From assembly GCF_009914755.1 (NCBI RefSeq), contig NC_060930.1: 64,000 nucleotides of DNA; one strand, written 5' to 3'. A model generated the notes under the pieces. The model saw only the letters and a list, made by a program, of their open reading frames with translations, made no database searches and had not been told where the DNA came from. This DNA is from the human T2T-CHM13v2.0 reference genome, Homo sapiens. Below, piece after piece: positions 60,069-64,000 of the stretch (positions are counted from its first letter, which is position 1; each line of letters begins with the position of its first letter). The translations under genes and the position numbers were made by a program.

Positions 60069-61044
60069 ATCTTGTTGAACACATGAAAAACTGTACTTCA
60101 CTTAATCATAATTAGTTGTTTGCTAGTGATCTTTTGAGGAAAATTTTCTGAAAAAGATATGCATGTAGAGGCCAAGAGATTGCATAGGTGATGAGTAACA
60201 CTATATTATGAAAAAGAGGATATTGTTAGTATGAAGAAGTATGAGTAATCGAAGGATTGTATGAGTAGCTGTTCCAAACTGCCAATTACTGGCTTGTCAA
60301 CAATGATTCCAATTCTGTAGGTCTTGAGTGGGCCATGAAACTGGAATGCTCAACAGACACTTTAAGAGACTCATATCCATTGTTCCAGAAATAGATTCAG
60401 CCCTCTACAGGGGGAAGACAGAAAACAGAGATGTAAATTGCTAGAGCTGGTAGTGGGTAGGTATGGGAATATGCATCTGATTGCCTCTATGTGTTCAATA
60501 AAATATGAGGTCTTTGGTTCAGTGTAGTAGGATAGGGATTTTGGAGCCTTGAGAAAGAAGGGAAGGTAAAAAATAGTCAATGCAGAGAGTATGAAAGCAA
60601 GAGGAAGTAATATATTCTTCGGAAATTGAATAGATTTGCAGATTTGAGAAATACTGCAGTAGAAAAGAAGGTGTTTGATTGGATGTTGGATGGTATCCCG
60701 ATGTGGTTGATTAACAAATACCCACTGCTGAAGGAGTATCAAGACAACCTGCCCTCTTTAGCTGCCTTGGATTGCTCTCGTCCCTAAACTGCATTCAGTT
60801 TCCATAACACCTGGCCTTTCCTGAGTGGCTGTGAAATTGCTGCTTCCATTGCTATCATTTACATAGTTAAAATAAAATAAACTCATAGGTGAAGAAGGCT
60901 GGATTCAAACACTGACCTCAGAGTAAAAAATTCAGGCTCTTAATCACAGAAATGTACTGCTTCCCAATAACAAGTGCCTCTCGAGGTGGCCCAAGTAAGC
61001 CCCTTTTCTGTGGACTTGAAAGAAACTATCTCTCACATTCTGAA

Positions 61045-61580
61045 AACTGCAGTTTTCTATTTAAATAGAAAAACATCCAGACTCCTAAGATGGCTTCATG
61101 CTCTGCCCTTGTGCTCTGGTCCTAGCTGGTTCATCTTTGCTTACAGCCTCATCTTTCCTTACTCACACTTTGTGGTCCAGTCTGCTGTTCATCTTTAAGA
61201 GCCGTCCCAAGGCTGTGATCTTTAAGTTCAGATGCATGTGCATTTGGGTGCTATACAAGTTGATCCAATTGGGGTATGCTAGTGCTGTGTTCTCTTTCCT
61301 CCAGGCCTTTGCCCAAGTTGTCTCTTTCATCTGCTTGAAACCCCTTCTCACTTTTGTTTGGCTAAATCCTGCTAGTCTTAAGCTCTCACTTGAATCCTCA
61401 CTTCTTCCAAGAAACCTCTTCTGATCCCCCCAGGTCTGAGATTACTATACTTCTCCTGAAAACCTGTACTCACCATTTTGCATCCTGATTGCCTCTTTAC
61501 TGACATGTTCCTGCAAAGCTTCAGTACCTAGCCCGTACCTGCCTCAGAATTGTGCTCCATAAATGCCTACAGAATATTAA
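61045..61580 (+). mobile_element. L2 fragment with 3' end
   Basis: aatagaaaaacatccagactcct...caggcctttgccca...cctagcccgtacctgcc...tgtgctccataaatg. Confidence 0.6.
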
Positions 61581-63244
61581 AAGAGGAAACATTTAATCAT
61601 TTTTTAATGTTTAAGTTATAAACTTCATTAAGCCAGGTTCTTAGTTGGTTACACAGGGGTTTTTATCTACACAAAAATCTCCTGAGAAGTTTTGTCTTGA
61701 GGCAGAACAAAATAATTGATTCTAAAACGTAATTTGAATTATAATAGCATCGTAACACTGTAACATGAATAATAAAATCTATTGGGACTGTGAGCAGACT
61801 CATCCAAAAAAATAGAAAAAAGTGTTTGGGCACATATTTTTAAATCCTCTCTGGGCCATGTTTTGTACAGTAGTAGCATAAAATTATGCAACAGTTTATA
61901 CTTTTAACAGGTCAATACTAATAAGGAGAATTATCCAAAGCCACCCTCTTTCATTTTGCTTTCAGCTTAGCTCATGTCCTTTTCTGGTATTCAATATGTC
62001 ACCCCATGCATCCTTCAGCCTGCAACTTCTTAACTACCTTACCTCAAGTTTGTGCCAGATAAATAGCAATGTTAAAAGTTACTATGAATTTAGTTTTTTT
62101 TTTAATTGCTTTTTGTAGTGATGTTTTTCTTTCCCCAAACTGCGTGGCTTTCTCCCATTCCTACCTCAGTCTTCATAGCATGTTTTTCTACTCCAAGTGC
62201 GCATGTTTTGCTTTCTGAGAATGTGAGATTCACCCAAATAAAAAAGAAAGGGTTTGGTGTTGTTTGTCATTTGGAGTTTTTAGTGCCTCCCTGTACTACA
62301 TTAGGATGGACAAAAGAGATTGTAATGCCATGAATATAAAGAGTTATTGTTCACTACTTATGAAAAATACTCTAGCTACTCATTATTTCAAAGTAGTTTA
62401 TTTTAATCATTTAAAAATTAGTTGTGTCCACACTTTGTGCTTTAATCTTTTATTGTAATTTTTAATGCTAAACATATCTAGTACTCCATAACACATGCTA
62501 AATGTTGCGTTTTGATGTATCCTCCCTTCTCTCCTTATCTAGCTTCGTAGTCCTTTGAATACATTAATTTTGTAAATTACCGCAGTAGCAGCCAGATTTC
62601 ATAAGGATGTTTTACATTGTTGTAACTGGTTTCATTTTCTTACTTGTTCCTATTATTCTCATTATATAGGAACTACTTACTTTATGTTCTTAACACAGAA
62701 GGGTCAGAGGAAACAGTTATTTTTTGTAACAATTTTTAAACTATTAGGCATTATACATTACAAAATCTTTTGTTCTTTTAAAATAGTAAAATGTGCCCAG
62801 AGTTTAGTGCTGAAGTATTCTGCAGTGATGTTGAAAAATGTGAAACACCTTTTATTTGGCATGTTGTCTAAATGCTGCCTGACCCCGCAGTTCTTGCAGT
62901 TGGTGCATCATCTGAATGCTGTCTAACCCTGCAGTTTCCAGAAACATGAGATGATAATTTGCTTCTTTGGTGAGCCTGTGGCTTAGGTCCATTTCTTTTC
63001 ACAAAAAAGAATGATCAGAGAAGACTTAAATGCCCTATAAGTCATTTCAGAAACATTACGTAGTGATTATTTTGGTATTGCCTAAAGCAGGTATCAAGGT
63101 GATTAACATTCATTATGTTATCTTAAAAATTACACACAATCCTTTATTGCGGTCATGAAATAAGTAATACTGTATACAAAAAAAAAAATGAAAGAAAATA
63201 ACCAGTGACGTTTTTTTCCTTCCATCTGCTCTTCCATCATGCAG

Positions 63245-63478
63245 GTACAACTTGGCCAAGTAGAAATCAAATGCCCCATCACAGAGTGTTTTGAATTCTT
63301 GGAAGAAACAACTGTTGTCTATAACTTAACGCATGAAGACTCCATCAAGTATAAGTACTTCTTGGAACTTGGCCGTATTGATTCCAGCACCAAGCCATGT
63401 CCTCAGTGCAAGCACTTTACAACCTTCAAGAAAAAAGGACATATTCCCACCCCTTCCAGATCAGAAAGCAAATACAAA
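63245..63478 (+). CDS. RNF217: RNF217 internal coding exon (probably exon 2), 234 nt / 78 aa, phase 0-0; end of RING1 (CPITEC), linker, start of IBR (CPQC)
   Basis: Polypyrimidine tract tttttttccttccatctgctcttccatcatgcag|GTA (AG 63243-63244). Donor AAA|gtaagc (GT 63479-63480). The translation VQLGQVEIKCPITECFEFLEETTVVYNLTHEDSIKYKYFLELGRIDSSTKPCPQCKHFTTFKKKGHIPTPSRSESKYK is recognised as RNF217 (IBRDC1/OSTL). Confidence 0.95.
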
Positions 63479-63884
63479 GTAAGCATTTTCACCAGAGCTG
63501 TGGGTTAGATGTCACATGGCAGAAGCAGCCAGATTAGATCCACTTGTCGTGGGCATTAAGGGGGCATCTTTCCTTTATGGAGCTGAAGGTGAGCATATAT
63601 TGGCCATCATTCTGAAAGCATATGGTTTGGGGAGGCTGATGATAAGAGAGTGCTCTTAAGGAATTAATTACAGTTTTGTCTTTGACTTTAACCATGTTGA
63701 AAATTAATCTAGTAACCTTATAGGAAGGCTGATCTTTAGAGTAATAATAGTTACTACTACCAAATACTAAATAAATACTAAGGCTTTTTCTTTATTATTA
63801 TGGACTTGATTTTTTTTTCAGTGGTCCCAATGTAAGTCTCCTCTTGTTCTGTCTATAATAGGTAAAAATAGTATAAATGGTACT

Positions 63885-63980
63885 CATTCATTTATTCAGC
63901 AAATACAGAATGCTGTATATGCTAGGCAGTGTGCTAAATTTGGGGGCTATAGAGCAAATGTGATACAGTCCCTGCTTCAA
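63885..63980 (-). mobile_element. L2 3' end
   Basis: cattcatttattcagcaaatac..aatgctgtatatgctaggcagtgtgcta. Confidence 0.7.
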
Positions 63981-64000
63981 AAAAAGTCGAAGATGGGAGA

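Noticed and set aside
63239-63508. Track ORF starting at an ATG in atgcag and running past the donor
   Set aside because: The ATG is part of the splice acceptor and the tail VSIFTRAVG is intron. The real exon is 63245-63478.

Overview
Primate (very likely human) genomic DNA. It is AT-rich, CpG-poor and dense in transposable elements. Nearly the whole window is a long intron of RNF217 (RBR-type E3 ubiquitin ligase, + strand). One clear 234-nt phase-0 coding exon lies near the end (63245-63478; RING1 tail plus IBR start). A 109-nt candidate alternative exon at 27209-27317 ends in ATG-AAG|gtaaag and would give an N-truncated MK-VQLGQ... isoform. The rest is a layered TE record. It includes a near-complete Cheshire (hAT-Charlie) fossil with TIRs, an 8-bp TSD, transposase motifs and three nested insertions; a MER53-ended hAT element; a complete THE1A provirus; about a dozen Alu/FLAM copies; and L2, MIR, L1M and MER fragments. 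Three consecutive twin-primed (5'-inverted) L1PA insertions lie within 8 kb, two of them apparently carrying 3' transductions. Other oddities are a fold-back/templated-insertion scar with a 20-bp hairpin, a tailless Alu, a three-arm Alu, a prematurely polyadenylated L1MA, a CRISPR-mimicking L2/GGAA composite repeat and a possible short mRNA retrocopy. I found no evidence for a wholly new biological system. Most track ORFs are repeat-derived or spurious. TE subfamily names come from recalled consensus sequences, not from a database search.
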